Shown here piece by piece: positions 43,430 through 56,623 of a DNA stretch of 64,000 nucleotides. The translations under genes and the position numbers were made by a program. The DNA is from Rhynchobatus australiae. Its lineage: Eukaryota. Numbering within the stretch: the first letter of the stretch is position 1; every line of letters starts with the position of its first letter. The notes under the pieces are model-generated. The model made no database searches. It was not told the DNA's origin and saw only the letters and a program-made list of their open reading frames with translations. The stretch covers positions 21,370,818 to 21,434,817 of the forward strand of contig JAUZTB010000070.1 in NCBI GenBank assembly GCA_034780895.1, read 5' to 3'.

Positions 43430-44900
43430 TGTAAATAATAGGAATAAGAGTAGGCTGTTTGGCACTCCTTGCCTGCTCCAACATTCAACATGATCACGGG
43501 TTATTTACTACCTCAACACCCTATGCCCATGTCCATTGATTCTTCTAATATCCAGAAATCAATTGATTTCAGTTCTGAGTGCAATGGCTCACCCTCCATA
43601 GACCTTGCGAGTAGAGAATTTACCATCCACTCAAAAAAGAAATGTTTTCTGATTTTAGTCATTAATAGCTTATCCTTTTTTTGTGTGTGAATTCTAGTTC
43701 TAGATCCTTAGACAAGAAAAACATATGCCATGCATCTTGCCTTAGAGCCCTCTAGGTATTTTGAACATTTCAATGCTGTCCCTTCTCTTTCTGCTAAAGT
43801 CCTGAGAATAGAGGCCCAACAACTTTGTCTCTCCTCNNNNNNNNNNGTCTTTGTTTCAATCAGTCTGCAGCAAGTATATCTTTCTTTAGGTAGAGAGATG
43901 AAAATTTTGTACACAGTACTCTAGGTGTGGTCTCTTTGAGGCCCTATGTAATTGGAGTAAGATATTTTTACCCTTTCATTCAAATCATCTTGCAATATCA
44001 TTTTCCTACCAAATGGCCTGCTGTACCTTCATGTTCACTTATAGTGATATGTTTACAAGGAAACCCAGGTCCCTTTGAACAATAATATTTTTCAATCCCT
44101 CACTGTTTGTAAACTTAGCATTTCTGTTTTATCCATCAAAGTGGATAACTTCCCATTTTTCCAGTGTTCTCCATCTGCCATATTTCACTTACTCATTTAG
44201 CTTGTCTTTCAATTTCCTTGAAGCTCCTTTGCATCATTATTATCTCTCACATTCCCAATTAGTTTTATATCATCAACAAACTTCAAAAAGTTACAGGTTC
44301 CTTCAGCTGAATCATAGATTTTGATGATGAAGAATTGGGGCTCAAGCACCAATCCTTATGGTATCCCACAAGTCACAGCCTGAGTTGTATTAGTGAGTAA
44401 TAAGATTCATTTATTACTACTTTGTTTTCTACCAGTTAACCAGCTCTCAATCCATTGCTGGTGTATTACTCCCAATTCCTAAGGCTTCATTTTTGTTGAC
44501 CTTTGTGGACCTTTTGAAAAACAACCCCACATTCACTGTATCTATTCTATAAGATACATCTTCAAAAGAACTCTAGTAGATCAGTGAAACATAATTTTCT
44601 TTTCATAAATCCATGTTGATTCTGCTAAATCATGTTATTATTTTCTAGGTGTCTTAATATCACATCCTTCATAACAGATTCAGTATTTTCCCAACTCCTG
44701 ATGTCTGATTAACATGTAAGTCATTTCTAATTTAGTCTCTCTCCCTCCTTTCTTCAATAGTGGGGTCAAACTTTCTATCCTCCAATCTGCAGGAGCAATT
44801 ACTGGATCTGTAGAATGTTGGATGATGATAACTAGAGCATCCACTGTGAATATAGCCACCTCTTTCACAACCTGAGAATATAGACCACTGGGGTGATGAG
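43430..44900 (-). mobile_element. Old CR1 LINE, ~1.5 kb
   Basis: Tail at about 43430, 'tacacagtactctaggtgtggtct', 'aagtggataacttcccatttt', and PADWRIE...PLLKKGGRE at the 5' side. Confidence 0.8.
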
Positions 44901-47900
44901 GCTCATTAGCTTCTCTGTAGTAATATTTTTCCTACTTAAATTAATTTCTTTTATTTCCTCATCTGCACTGGATTCTTGGTTCTTTAATATATTTGAACAC
45001 TTTCTGTAAATTATTCCTGAATAGCACAATCAAAAGCACATGAACTTATTCAGAACCTAAATATGCTTCTTGGTCTAAATCCCTTAGAAGCGCAATAGTG
45101 TGAGCACTGCAGGGTTTTTGGGTTTGCAAGTGCAACTCTACATATGGTATATAAACATTTCCCTTCCAAGCTTCTCCAAGGGTAGTCTAAACACATCTGC
45201 AACAACATTCTTGGCATTTTAATGATGTGTTCAATGATAACACAGAAGTGGGGAGTTCAGAGCAACACAGCAATCGGTAAGATCATTAGGTTGGCACATA
45301 CCTTAGTTAACAACTTTATTGATATACATTACTGGAAGGCTTATGATCAATGGTTGGCTAATCTCCTTGAGACAGTACTACTAGGAGACATTGGCCAAAA
45401 TGTTGGTTTTATGACATGGATGCGAAGATTAGGATATTGCTGATCACAAAGTCTGCAACTAACTTTGTGCAACTGTGAACAGTGAAGATACGAATGATGC
45501 ATGATATAAATTCCATGATTTTCTTTTGCCACAAAGCCAACCGCAAAGAAAACTGAAGCTGGAACTGTTTACCAACTATGCACAGCATTTAAAACAACTA
45601 AAATGGGAAACTTTGAACCAGAAGCAGTGTGTTTTAAAGCAGCACTTGAAGCCTCTTAAAAGTAATTGAGAGTGACAGTGGAAGTAGACTGCAGAGCAGC
45701 CCATGATGGAATTAAGAGGGCGATTAAGGAATAGAAATGGCTTTAGTGGGTTACGTACATCCACATAAATGTGTTTCTAAATTATATTTCTATTTCTTAT
45801 AGTTGTTATTAATCAAGATTGATCTTCAAGGCTACTACCAATTATTGACATAACTCTTGAAACAACTCACTGACCTCATGGCTGGAATCTGATATCTGAT
45901 TCAACAAATAATGTTATGGTTCAGTTTGTGTGGAAGTTGAGAAGATCAATGGTATATGTTGCAATGTGGTAATAAAAAATTCCTCAATAAACAAATTCAA
46001 TAGGAAAAAGTTGAAATCCAAAATATATCACCTTGTAGAGAAGTTGGTGTAATACTGTTCACACAAAATTTTTAAGGTCCATCCCAAGACAGAAATACAA
46101 GGAAAAAGATGCTCAGCACAATTCAAAAGGAAAGCGGAAGTGAAATGGGACATGAAGTCCACCCATTGGACTTTCACTCTCTCGTACCACCACTAATTTC
46201 CAGATGTGATGGTATTAGAGGATGACCCAGCTTTACTAAGGTGGTAGAAGGTACTAACAGCATGTTTTCTTTAAATAGAGAATCATGGTCTAAAGGAAAT
46301 GCTGTATCTTCCTTGAAACAATTGAGATACAAATAGATAGTGTTTCTACTATGAGGAGAAGCCGCAAAGATCCTTGAGTTTATTTAAGGATGGAACAAGA
46401 CAATGAAGTCTGAATGCAAAGCTAGATTATTCTGCTTCTTATAAGTAGGTATAACCTCAGAGTTCTGGTATCCTCTTTATAACTATAAACCCAGTCTTGT
46501 TATTTTTCCCTCATTGTGTTTGTACATCAAAGATCTGTTTGCTGTACTTTTCACTAAAAATCTGGCAGTATGTCCAGAGGTGTGCTGAAGGTGACAACAT
46601 AGACACAAACAACATAATCTGAATCTTTACGCCCTCAACCGAATCCAATGTTTAATTTAAGTCATCACCAAGATAGCAATCATCATGGTTAAATCTCTGT
46701 AAGTTATAACATCTGTCAAAAACTTTAAATTTAAAAACAGCATCAATTGTCTTTCTCGTTACAAGTGGACTGATTTCCATCTTTTGCTTCTATTCCTCAG
46801 GCAATCTGACAAGAAAATTTTACACCACCCTTTTCACTATGAACCTATATTCCAAGTCAACATACTGTCAGTCATGAACATTTTTCTTTTAATTGCCTTT
46901 TGAGTTAGCATTATAAAACACACAATTTTCCTTAAAATGTGTCACATAAATAAGAAGCATGTTTAGCTTTAGTTATTTTCTGAAAATTTAACTGTGAATA
47001 ATCTGGCTGAGATAATTTACTCCACTGAATGTGCCAGCCAATCACCCATCTGCAAGGGATGTGATTTGAGACTTAGACTGTTTACTTACTGATTTCCATG
47101 TTCATTGACATAATTGCTGGTACAGTTCATAGTTCTGTATAATTTAACAGTGTGATTAATATTTATTAACTGCATTAAATGTAGTTCTTAGATGCTTATG
47201 CCATCCCATGATTGTATAAGAACAGCAGGGAGGAAATGGTTGACAAACTACTGAAATGTTAAAAAAAATTATTTTCCTTTCATAGAGCACAGACAGAGTG
47301 ACAAAAAAAGTTGTTATAAAATATAATATGCATTCAGGCAGGATTTATGTGTGTTCTATCAATTTCAGATAACTTCAACAAATTTGAACAGCATTGCTAT
47401 ATTATTATTTTACAAGAAAAAAATATTAAGAAGCTGTAAGTAAGTGCCAAACCTGTTGTACTGTCTCAAAGATAATTCACTGTTGGGGTTTTATTCCTTT
47501 GTACTGCTCAGGTCTTGTTGCAATGGAATCAAATCAGCAGAATATATTCTTAATATAACAAACACACACACATATTCTTTTCTCTTCCCTTGTCTTTTCA
47601 ACAATTTTGATGATAACTTACACTATACAATATTTCTCATGAATCTGAACATAAGTACAAACAATCTAGCGACATATTCAATCCCATTAAGCTGCTTTTC
47701 CTCAGTGCAACAGAATCCAAAATGGATGGTTAATGACAAAATGACAACTAATGCCTTGCTGGATATTAGGCTAAGATGTTCCCATCCTGCTTGGTGTTCA
47801 TGTGATGACATCTTAACAGCATTTGTCACCTACCTGATGACATTATTTTCCACTTTGTAGTGCTTTAAATTCGAAGCAAGAAATACTGGAACATGTTGTC

Positions 47901-48204
47901 CTGCCATTTTTAACAATAGTTGTTTATCTTTCCCAGCAGGATCATGCTTTATTAGCAACATTTCCACTGTCATTTCTCCATTCAAAGAGCCATTCACAGT
48001 TTCTACTGGCTGCTGATCAAGACACCTGAGGCCTGACAATCACTTATGCCACTATACAGTATCTGCAAGATCCTACAACATTCACAAATGGGAGCTTGGA
48101 TAACTTTGCCCTTACATAACATTGAGAATATGGACACAGAGGATAAGCACTGAGTGCTTCAAAGGGACGCAAGGGATCCTTGAGGAAGAAGGCTTCTGAG
48201 TGCC

Positions 48205-49001
48205 AACATATTCAGGCAATCATGTCCACACCGGCTCTGAATGGCAGTGTATTTGTGGGTTCAACAAAGCAGTGTAAAGGTTTACAGAATTGAATCTGGG
48301 CATGCTCTGGTTTCCCTGTAGAAGCTACACTAACTCTTAACTTCCTCGCCTCTGATGTTTCTCGTCAGCTGCCACAGATCCAGGCCATGTTTCACAATTT
48401 TTTGCTCATAGCTGCTTTCTTGAGACCTTAAACTTATTGTACTTTTGCAGGAATTATTTTTTTCCGACGCTGACAATAAACAGTGTATGCACATTCACTT
48501 GCTAATACAGTTTGCTTTCCAAATGTGCATGGCCTCATAGATTCACTNNNNNNNNNNNNNNNNNNNNNNNNNNNNNNNNNNNNNNNNNNNNNNNNNNNNN
48601 NNNNNNNNNNNNNNNNNNNNNNNNNNNNNNNNNNNNNNNNNNNNNNNTCCAAATGTGCATGGCCTCATAGATTCACTTGTGTCTCATGTGACACCATTAA
48701 CTTCATGATAGTCAATGCCACCCTTCCAGTGACTCATTCATTCCAGGTCAGTCTAAACTGCTACCTGCATGGATTGATATGAGGAGACAAGGGTTATTTT
48801 CTTCTGCAGTGAATCCCCAAACTGAAAAGAGCTCCATGTTCTCAAGCAGAGCAAAGATACAGTAAGAGCTATGCTGCAACATTGAGCCAAGAGAAGGACT
48901 CCATAGATATGATGAAGGTGGGCTTCAGTTCTCTTCAACAGTTGTGGGTAGCTTTTGAGCCCTAATCCAATTGAGCCTGCTAGGTGTTGCATAATTTAGC
49001 C
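48205..49001 (+). mobile_element. PIF/Harbinger (HARBI1-like) transposase relic (element D)
   Basis: In order: NIFRQ..SEWQC / TLNFLASD / SAATDPGHVSQFFAHSCF..LLYFCRNYFFP / FPNVHGLIDS / VSCDT..MIVNA / GDKGY / EQRYSKSYAAT / MKVGFSSL / LHNLA. This covers essentially the whole motif series. Confidence 0.85.
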
Positions 49002-49379
49002 ACCAATAGAACAGAATCCTTGGAGGATGGAGTGCGAGACAAAGAAAAGTATACAGCAGAAGAGGAGGAAGAGCCAAAACAACACACAGTGGTCTCAGCT
49101 GATGTCAGGGAGAAAGACAACAGAAGATGATGGAGGGAATAGTCTATGGTAGAACAGCTGTTGGACTACCTATTCTGTCACCTCATAAGGAGAAAGTCAC
49201 TAAGAATGCTTCCCCCCTCCACCTTGACCCTTCACATAACCAAAGTTATTAGCCTTAAAATTAGAGTAGAATAAATTACGTTCCAGCAATGTAGAAGATG
49301 TCCTCAGTGCCTCCTGTCCACAAAAAACAGAACAATATGAATCCAGTAATAATGACTCATTAGACAGTCTCAATCAACA

Positions 49380-49700
49380 AAAAAGTAATGGAGGTTGTCA
49401 TTGTCAGCACTCTCAAAAAGCATTTACTGCCTAATAATCTGCTCACTGATGCTATTTTGAAGTTCACTAGAATCATTCAGCTTTAGATCTCATCCCAACA
49501 CTGGTCCAAACATGAAGCAAAAAGCTGAATTCCAGAAGTGAGGTGAAAGTGACTGTCCTTGCCATCAAGGCAATATTTGACTGTATCTAATATGTCTAGT
49601 AAACCCTCGTAAAGTCTAGCAAGTCTAGTAAATCTGAAATCAATGGGCATCAAGTTGAAAACTGTTTGGAACCGTACCTCACAAAAAGAAGATAAAATAT
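49380..49700 (+). mobile_element. LINE RT fragment (CR1-Zenon-like)
   Basis: KVMEVVIVSTLKKHLLPNNLLTDA...LNSRSEVKVTVLAIKAIFD...KSMGI. Confidence 0.75.
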
Positions 49701-50799
49701 TATGGCTATAAAAGCTCTGAGAGCCTGAGTATCCCATGGCATGAACTACCTCCTGATAGCCCAAACCCTATAAGTTATTGTACATATACGGCACAAGTTT
49801 GATAGAGGCTCCTATTAAAGCTGTGTTTTAATTCACAACTGTATTTTCCAATAAAGTGTTTGAATTTGATTTAACCTGAACAATAGACATCAGCACAGAT
49901 CATGACATTAAAATTTACCTTGTTCATACACATACACANNNNNNNNNNNNNNNNNNNNNNNNNNNTGGATTTCTCCAAACACAACCACAGCTGCTATATT
50001 CAAACATCCTGTTTCAAAACTGTCAGTCATAAAAATCTTCAGTCATTTCTGTGAACTCTCTTGTGAGGTGCTTATAACACCCACACTTCAGACCACAATA
50101 CTGCTTATAGTTATCACGATCAAATGTGGCTATGTAATCCAGCTTCTACAGATGCAGATTCTGAGATTTAGGGACTTTATCTTGCCATTAAAAATCACTT
50201 TGCATTGAATGATGTTCAAGATAAACTGAGCTCCAACATCAGTAATGTCATTGGATCTGAAGGTACATTGAATGGACTGCCTTGTATTGAAATGCATTCA
50301 TTTGATGTGTATTCCTTACTGCCACCCACTCATTTATATTATCACTAATGATTGGAAATTAGATTTATTAGATGGTTCAATATAGTAAAAGTAATTCAAG
50401 CGTCACTCAAGGAATTGAGTAAAGAAGGAAAACTGCTATGGGATCTGGCAGGGTTTAAGAAGCTTCTCCTCAAGAATCAACAGTAAATTTCTGGACAGCA
50501 TGTTGAGAGAGTAGTTTCTTTGGTGCATCTTGTGGTTCTTTCAATGGAATGCACACGATAGATTAAAGTTCTATGAAAGTGACTGAATATCCACATGCAT
50601 ACACTATTCGCTCTGTTTCTGTCTTCTGTCTATGTGTGATCTGATGTGAAAGGTGCTCACAAACTCTTCAACTTTTCACCTGAGGGTTTGCTGAGACAGC
50701 ATTTTTTCTGATTCAAGCAAATTTATTATATGCATTACAAAAATTTAAAAGAAAGGAGACTTACACCAGCAATTTATACACACTTCACTTCTTATTCAG

Positions 50800-52750
50800 A
50801 GCCTTACATGTGGTTTTAATAATTCTTGAACTGTGATGCAGTGCCCTCACTGTGGCTGCAGCCAGACTCATGGAAGGCTTATCCATGTGTTCAACATCAG
50901 ATGGCCAAGTTGCAAGCTCACAAGTGGCTCTTTCTCTTCAAGGGCCAGCTTCAAACTGTTANNNNNNNNNNNNNNNNNNNNNNNNNNNNNNNNNNNNNNN
51001 NNNNNNNNNNNNNNNNNNNNNNNNNNNNNNNNNNNNNNNNNNNNNNNNNNNNNNNNNNNNNNNNNNNNNNNNNNNCCCACTCAGTTATTTGAGTGAGGCT
51101 CTCAGGGGACTAGCCAGACATTGTATAATGCAACTGCTGTGAGGCAGATCACACAGCTGCTATTCATGCTTCCCTTTCTATACCAAGGAATCCCTCACAC
51201 ACTGCTACTCTCAGCTTGTTGTTTCTGCCTCTTTCTTGTGGCATCTCTCTGTTCCAGTACAACAAAATCTTTTGCATACAAAACAGCAATGTGTTCAGAG
51301 GTGGCAACAGCAGATCTACAATGATGTAGCTTGAGCAGCCTGAGTGAGGTTTATCCATTAAACCAACTTTGCTTGTGCTTGCATGGAGGCAGCAAGAAAA
51401 TCCATGAGGTCTTGTAATGTGGTGGTGGCCATGGTGAAATGTGAGAATTTAAATATAACTTCACCAGATGAGTTTACACTCCAGCTTCTGAGTGAGAAGA
51501 TGCATGATTGTCGGCATGATAATGTTTCATATTTTATCATACATCATCACCAGCTCCCTTTTGTATTCTTTCCTTTCCTAGTGTTCACCTGTGTCCTCTC
51601 AGCCAGAAGTGCTGTGCTGTTGTACACCTGGCTGGGCATCAAAGCATTTTCCCTTCCAGGCCTTGCATGACTCAATCCATTCATTCCAGCTGACTCAATC
51701 ATTAAACATGAGCCAGGGCTTTAATTTCTTGCTGCTCCTCCCTCCAGATGTCTCTGTCTGAGATTGTACTGTATAGAGTAGATGCAATGATGGAGTGTTC
51801 CTGGCTGTTTCCACAAATCCCAGTGGATCAGGTTTGCTTGGGTCCATAGAATCCTCACCATGAGTCTCCTCACAGGGTGTCCCACCTGTGCCTATGCCAC
51901 CTCTACCTCTTCTTCTTGCTCCTGTGTGCGAGCTGCATCTATTTGGTGTCTTTCCACATTTGTTCTTGCTGCAATGACAGTTCAAGAAAGAAGAAGCACA
52001 TTAGTGTGCAAGAAGGTTGTCAAAGACTGGAAAACATAAAATGAATGTAACCAGCAGAAGAGCCAAAAGTGACATGAGGAAACATTTTTCTCATATAATG
52101 AGCGGTTAAGGTCTGGAATACGCTGCTTAAGATTGTATTGAAAGCAGATGAAACTGTGGTGTTCTAAAGGGAATTGAATAAGTATTTGGAAGAAAAGAAT
52201 TTCCAGTTCTATGGGGATAGAGAGAAAGAGAGGGAGTGGGATGAGCTAGATTACCTTTACATAGAACCAATACAAGATGGGCCAAATGGCCTTGTTCTGT
52301 CCTGTAACCTTCCTGTGGTTCTGAGTGCTTTCTTTTGTGTTGCTTGTGGGCCAGGAAGACTAGGAGTGATTCCTCTTGGTTCCAAAGGCAAACCTTCTGC
52401 CATGATTGTCTATCAAGCCTCAGCCTTATGCTGTCCCTGCAATTCCAAGCTTATCCCTATCTCAGGGACTCTGAAACTATTTTCTATTAAGGGGTGCCAA
52501 AAGCCATTAAGCACAATGCCAGCTTTGTTTGATAGCAACAACAGTTGTTTCATACCTGAGGCTGCTGCATCCCTCATTCCTGCAGCCATGTTATTAATTG
52601 CCAGCTGCCATTTCCACTTTGTGGCTGATAATTGTCCTGAGCTTGCTAGTTGCTGACGGTCATGCATGAGAAATTGAGTTAACAATAATAATGGGTCTTT
52701 AAATTTTGCAAAGCACCAACCTTTCTGGCATTTCCTGGTTCTCCCTCCCC
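50800..52750 (-). mobile_element. Probable second-gene and right half of Harbinger element D, interrupted by a CR1 tail at ~52030-52325
   Basis: Low-complexity minus-strand reading frames converge on the transposase. The Myb helices are not clearly legible, so this is inferred from position. Confidence 0.35.
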
Positions 52751-53055
52751 CTACAGATTCGCATTCTTTCCCTCCCTTACATATTGGGACGAATGTACTT
52801 CATCATACTTTTGCTATTCAAGCTGTAGGAATCCAGCACATCTGAGGCTGGCAATTACTGTCAACAATATCATTCTAAGAACATACAGGAGACTTGAATC
52901 AAAATTTCCTTCTGCTATTTTAAAAGCAGTTTTACCCCTATTAAAATAAACACCACCATTTAGAACTTAAAAGGGAATATGATATAAGCTGCTAAGAGTC
53001 ACTCACAATAATTCCAAACTAACTGCTAATCAGAAAGAATTGCATTATTTCTGGA

Positions 53056-53460
53056 ACAAAATGCTGGAGGAACTCAGCAGGTTAGGCAGCATCTATAGAG
53101 GGAATGGACAGTCAATACTTTGGGTCAAGACCCTTCATCAGGACTGGAAGGAAAGAAGGTAGAAGCCAGTATAAAAGANNNNNNNNNNNNNNNNNNNNNN
53201 NNNNNNNNNNNAGCCAGTATAAAAGAGGGACGGATGGAGCAAGCACTTGTAGGTGATAGGTGAATCCAGGTGAGAGGGGGAACATAGGTAGATGGGGGGA
53301 GCCACTACTGGCTTCTGCCCTCTTTCTTTCCAGTCCTGATGAAGGGTCTCGACCCAAAACGTCGACTGTTTATTTCTGTCCATAGATGCTGCCTGACCCA
53401 CTGAGTTCCTCCAGCATTTTGTGTGTAGCTCCAGATTTCCAGCATCTGCAGTCTTTCTTG
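53056..53460. mobile_element. Penelope-type fold-back element with ~115-bp inverted arms
   Basis: 53056-53171 and 53306-53422 are near reverse complements. Confidence 0.85.
53331..53368 (+). ncRNA. Minimal type-I hammerhead ribozyme motif, one core substitution
   Basis: CAGUC-CUGAUGA-AGGGUC(UC)GACCC-aAAA-C-GUC-GACUG. Stems I and II pair and CUGAUGA is intact; GAAA appears as AAAA. Confidence 0.6.
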
Positions 53461-54109
53461 TTTTTGCATTTCTTGTGTCTGTATTTGATTTTAATCACAT
53501 TATGAAATATTTTCTTTCACTCAATGATGGTAGTGCAATTGTGATGAAAACTATAATGAAGTAATGCTACTGATATAAAAGGTCTCCAAGCTGCTGCATA
53601 AATAGTGCTGCATAAACACCTGTGGCCTTGGTATTTATTGTGACCCAGCAGTCTGCTTTTATTAGCTTGTACATAATGCCAAGATGGGCTTTTTAATTTA
53701 AAGAATTGAACAACTTTCCCCAATTCAAAGAAATAAAGAGACAATTTTATTTTTCTTTGCTGGATATTATTAGCTCCTTGGTAGTAAATGCTGTGAATAT
53801 AGCACACTGTTCTTGGTTTTGCAGGGATGTTGATAAGTTAAGATATCCAATTAAATACAATAATTAACAAGCTGAAAATGAGCTTGGCCTTTACAATGCT
53901 AAGTTCAGCCACGTTGAGATAATGAATTGCCAAAATGGAAGGCAATTTTGTATGACTTGCCAGAGGAGCTGAGATTCACTAAATATTAATTTGGTTCTAA
54001 ATAACAAGAAGCCATTTTCATATTTGAAAAAAACATTTGCTGGTCTAAGTCTATCCTTGAATTGAATTAACGACCATCAGTTCTTTAGGGCTCTTGAGAA
54101 AGACATTGA

Positions 54110-54990
54110 ATTGGAGGTAACTTGGTTATATGGGTTTATAATTGTTTGGGATGTAAGATTCAGAGTGGGGAAAAGTTTCTTCTCTGATTGGCAAGATGTG
54201 AATAGTGGTATCCTTCAAATCTGGCCTTGTGGCCTTAGATGTTCACTGTACATATTAAGAAACAGAGGAAAGAATGGAGAATATGGCATTAAGTGAGATA
54301 TTCAGATTAAATGAGTGATAAGATATTTGGTAGGTGGAATTAAACACTCACTTTTGGACCTGGAAAAGTCTAAGTGAAATGATGAAAAAGTCAGAATTAT
54401 GGAGGAGCAAACAAATTTGTACACATCACAAAATGATAGTACATATATACTGAATGGAATCAAAAAGACATATGGAATTTTGGACTTCATTGTACAGATG
54501 CCAGCATTCAAAAATGAAGAACTGATATTTCATCAATTGTGCAGATCCTTTGCCAAATGTTGTGTGGAATATAAGATTCACTTCTGGGTGTCACAGTNNN
54601 NNNNNNNNNNNNNNNNNNNNNNNNNNNNNNNNNNNNNNNNNNNNNNNNNNNNNNNNNNNNNNNNNNNNNNNNNNNNNNNNNNNNNNNNNNNNNNNNNATC
54701 AAAAAGACATAAGGAATTTTGGACTTCATTGTACAGATGCCAGAATTAAAAAATGAATAACTGATATTTCATCAATTGTGCAGATCCTTTTCCAAATGTT
54801 GTGTGTAATATAAGATTCACTTCTGGGTGTCACAGTCAAGATATTTTGGGCAGGGAACAGGTACAGTTCAGCTTAAAGCTTTAACATGTTAGGCTATTTT
54901 CCACAAACCTGGATTGTATCCTCCTCAGTTTAGTAAATTGAGAGATGATTTATGGATTTGAATCATTTTTGAATGAATTTGAGAGATAAG
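54110..54990 (+). mobile_element. Old CR1 relic
   Basis: FSDWQDVNSGILQ and VEYKIHFW motifs. Confidence 0.55.
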
Positions 54991-55364
54991 CAGATGGATG
55001 GCAGATGCTCTTAAAGAACGCACATTACTTCACATGGAGACAAAAAAAATCTAAAGAGGACTATTAAATAGGCAGGAAATATGCCTGGGAATTAAGAGGT
55101 CTAATAGATCCTGGATATCAGTAAATTGAAACTAACACAATGGCACAAAAGCTAAATACTGTAGATGCTGAAACAAAAACAGAAAATACTAGTAATTCTC
55201 AGCAGGACAAGTAGAATATATGGAGGCAGAAAATAAGTTAACATTTCAGGTCAATGACCTTTTATTGAGAACTGCTATTAATGCTCAATGATATATATGC
55301 CACATGGCATTTAGTAAATAAACCAAGTGATGTACAGAAATGTTTTAGAAAGTCATAGATTATA

Positions 55365-56278
55365 CAAAGATAGGTGGAGGTGCAGGTAACATTGCGGAAG
55401 CAGTGAGTCTACAGAAGGACTTGGACAGGTTGGGAGAATGAACAAATAAGTGGCAGATAGAATACAGCGCAGGGAAGTGTATGGTCATGCACGCTGGTAG
55501 AAGGAATAAAGGCATAGACTATTTTCTAAACAGGGAGAGCATTTAGAAATCAGAGATGCAAATGGACTTGGGAGTCCTAGTGTGGGATTGCCTGAAGGTT
55601 CACTTGCACGTTGAGTCAGTAGTAAGGAAGGCAAATGTAATGTTAGCATTCACTTTGAGGAGACTAGAACACAAAAGCAAGGATGTAATGCTGAAGCTTT
55701 ATAAGGCATTGGTTGGACCACATTTGGCTTATCGCGAGCAGTTTTGGACCCTGAATCTCAGGAAGGATGTGCTGATGTTGGAAAGGGTACAGAGAAGGCT
55801 TACAAGAATGATCTTGGGAGTGAAAGGGTTAATGTATGAAGAGTGTTTGATGGCTCTGGGCCTGTACTCAATGGAGTTTTGAAGGATATGGGGGGATTTT
55901 ATTGAAACCTACTGAATATTGAAAGGCCTGGATAGAGTGGACGTAGAGAGGATGTTTCCAGTAGTGGGAGAGTCTAGGGCCAGAGGGCACAGCCTCAGAA
56001 TAAAAGGATGTCCCTTTAGAATTGAGATAAAGAGGAATTTCTTTAGCCAGAGGGTGGTGAATCTGTGGAATTCATTGCCTCAGACGGCTGTGGAGGCCAA
56101 GTCATTGGGTATATTTAAAATGAAGATTGATAGGTTCTCGATTAGTAGGGGTGTCAAAGGTTATGGGGAGAAGGCAGGAGAATGGGGTTGAAAGAGAAAA
56201 ATAAATCAGCCATGATCGAATGGTGGGGCAGACTCAATGGGCTGAATAGCTTAATTCTGCTCCTTTGTCTTATGGTCA
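55365..56278 (+). mobile_element. CR1 LINE, 5'-truncated, relatively young
   Basis: DLGVLV..LKVHLHVESVVRKANVMLAF...LYKALVGPHL...FFSQRVVNLWNSLPQTAVEAKSLGIFK, then the tail. Confidence 0.95.
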
Positions 56279-56623
56279 TAGAACCACACAGCACAGAAAC
56301 AGACCCTTCAGCTCACCGTGTCTGTGCCAACCATCATCCACCCCTTCACCCCAATCTTACTCTCATCCCATTTTATTCTCACCATACTCCCATCAACTTC
56401 TCCCCGATTTTACCACTCACCTGTAGACTTGGAGCAATTTACAGTGGCCAATTAACCTGTCAACCTGCATGTCTTTGGGACATAAGAGGGAACCAGAAAA
56501 AACCCACATGGTCACAGGGAGAACATGTAATCTCAACACTTGCAGCACTAGAGATCAGGATTGAACTCAGATCATTGGAGCTGTGAGGCAGCAGCTCTAC
56601 TAGCAGCAACACTGTTCTACACC
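56275..56623 (-). mobile_element. HE1-like V-SINE
   Basis: Reverse complement of the 8316-8746 family. It abuts the CR1 tail. Confidence 0.85.

Noticed and set aside
45200-46450. Coding-like unique sequence (WKAYDQWLANLL...WMRRLGYC)
   Set aside because: Could be a decayed element, but I could not match any family motif.
54458-54837. ~140-bp near-identical duplication across a gap
   Set aside because: Most likely two haplotypes or overlapping contig ends scaffolded in tandem.
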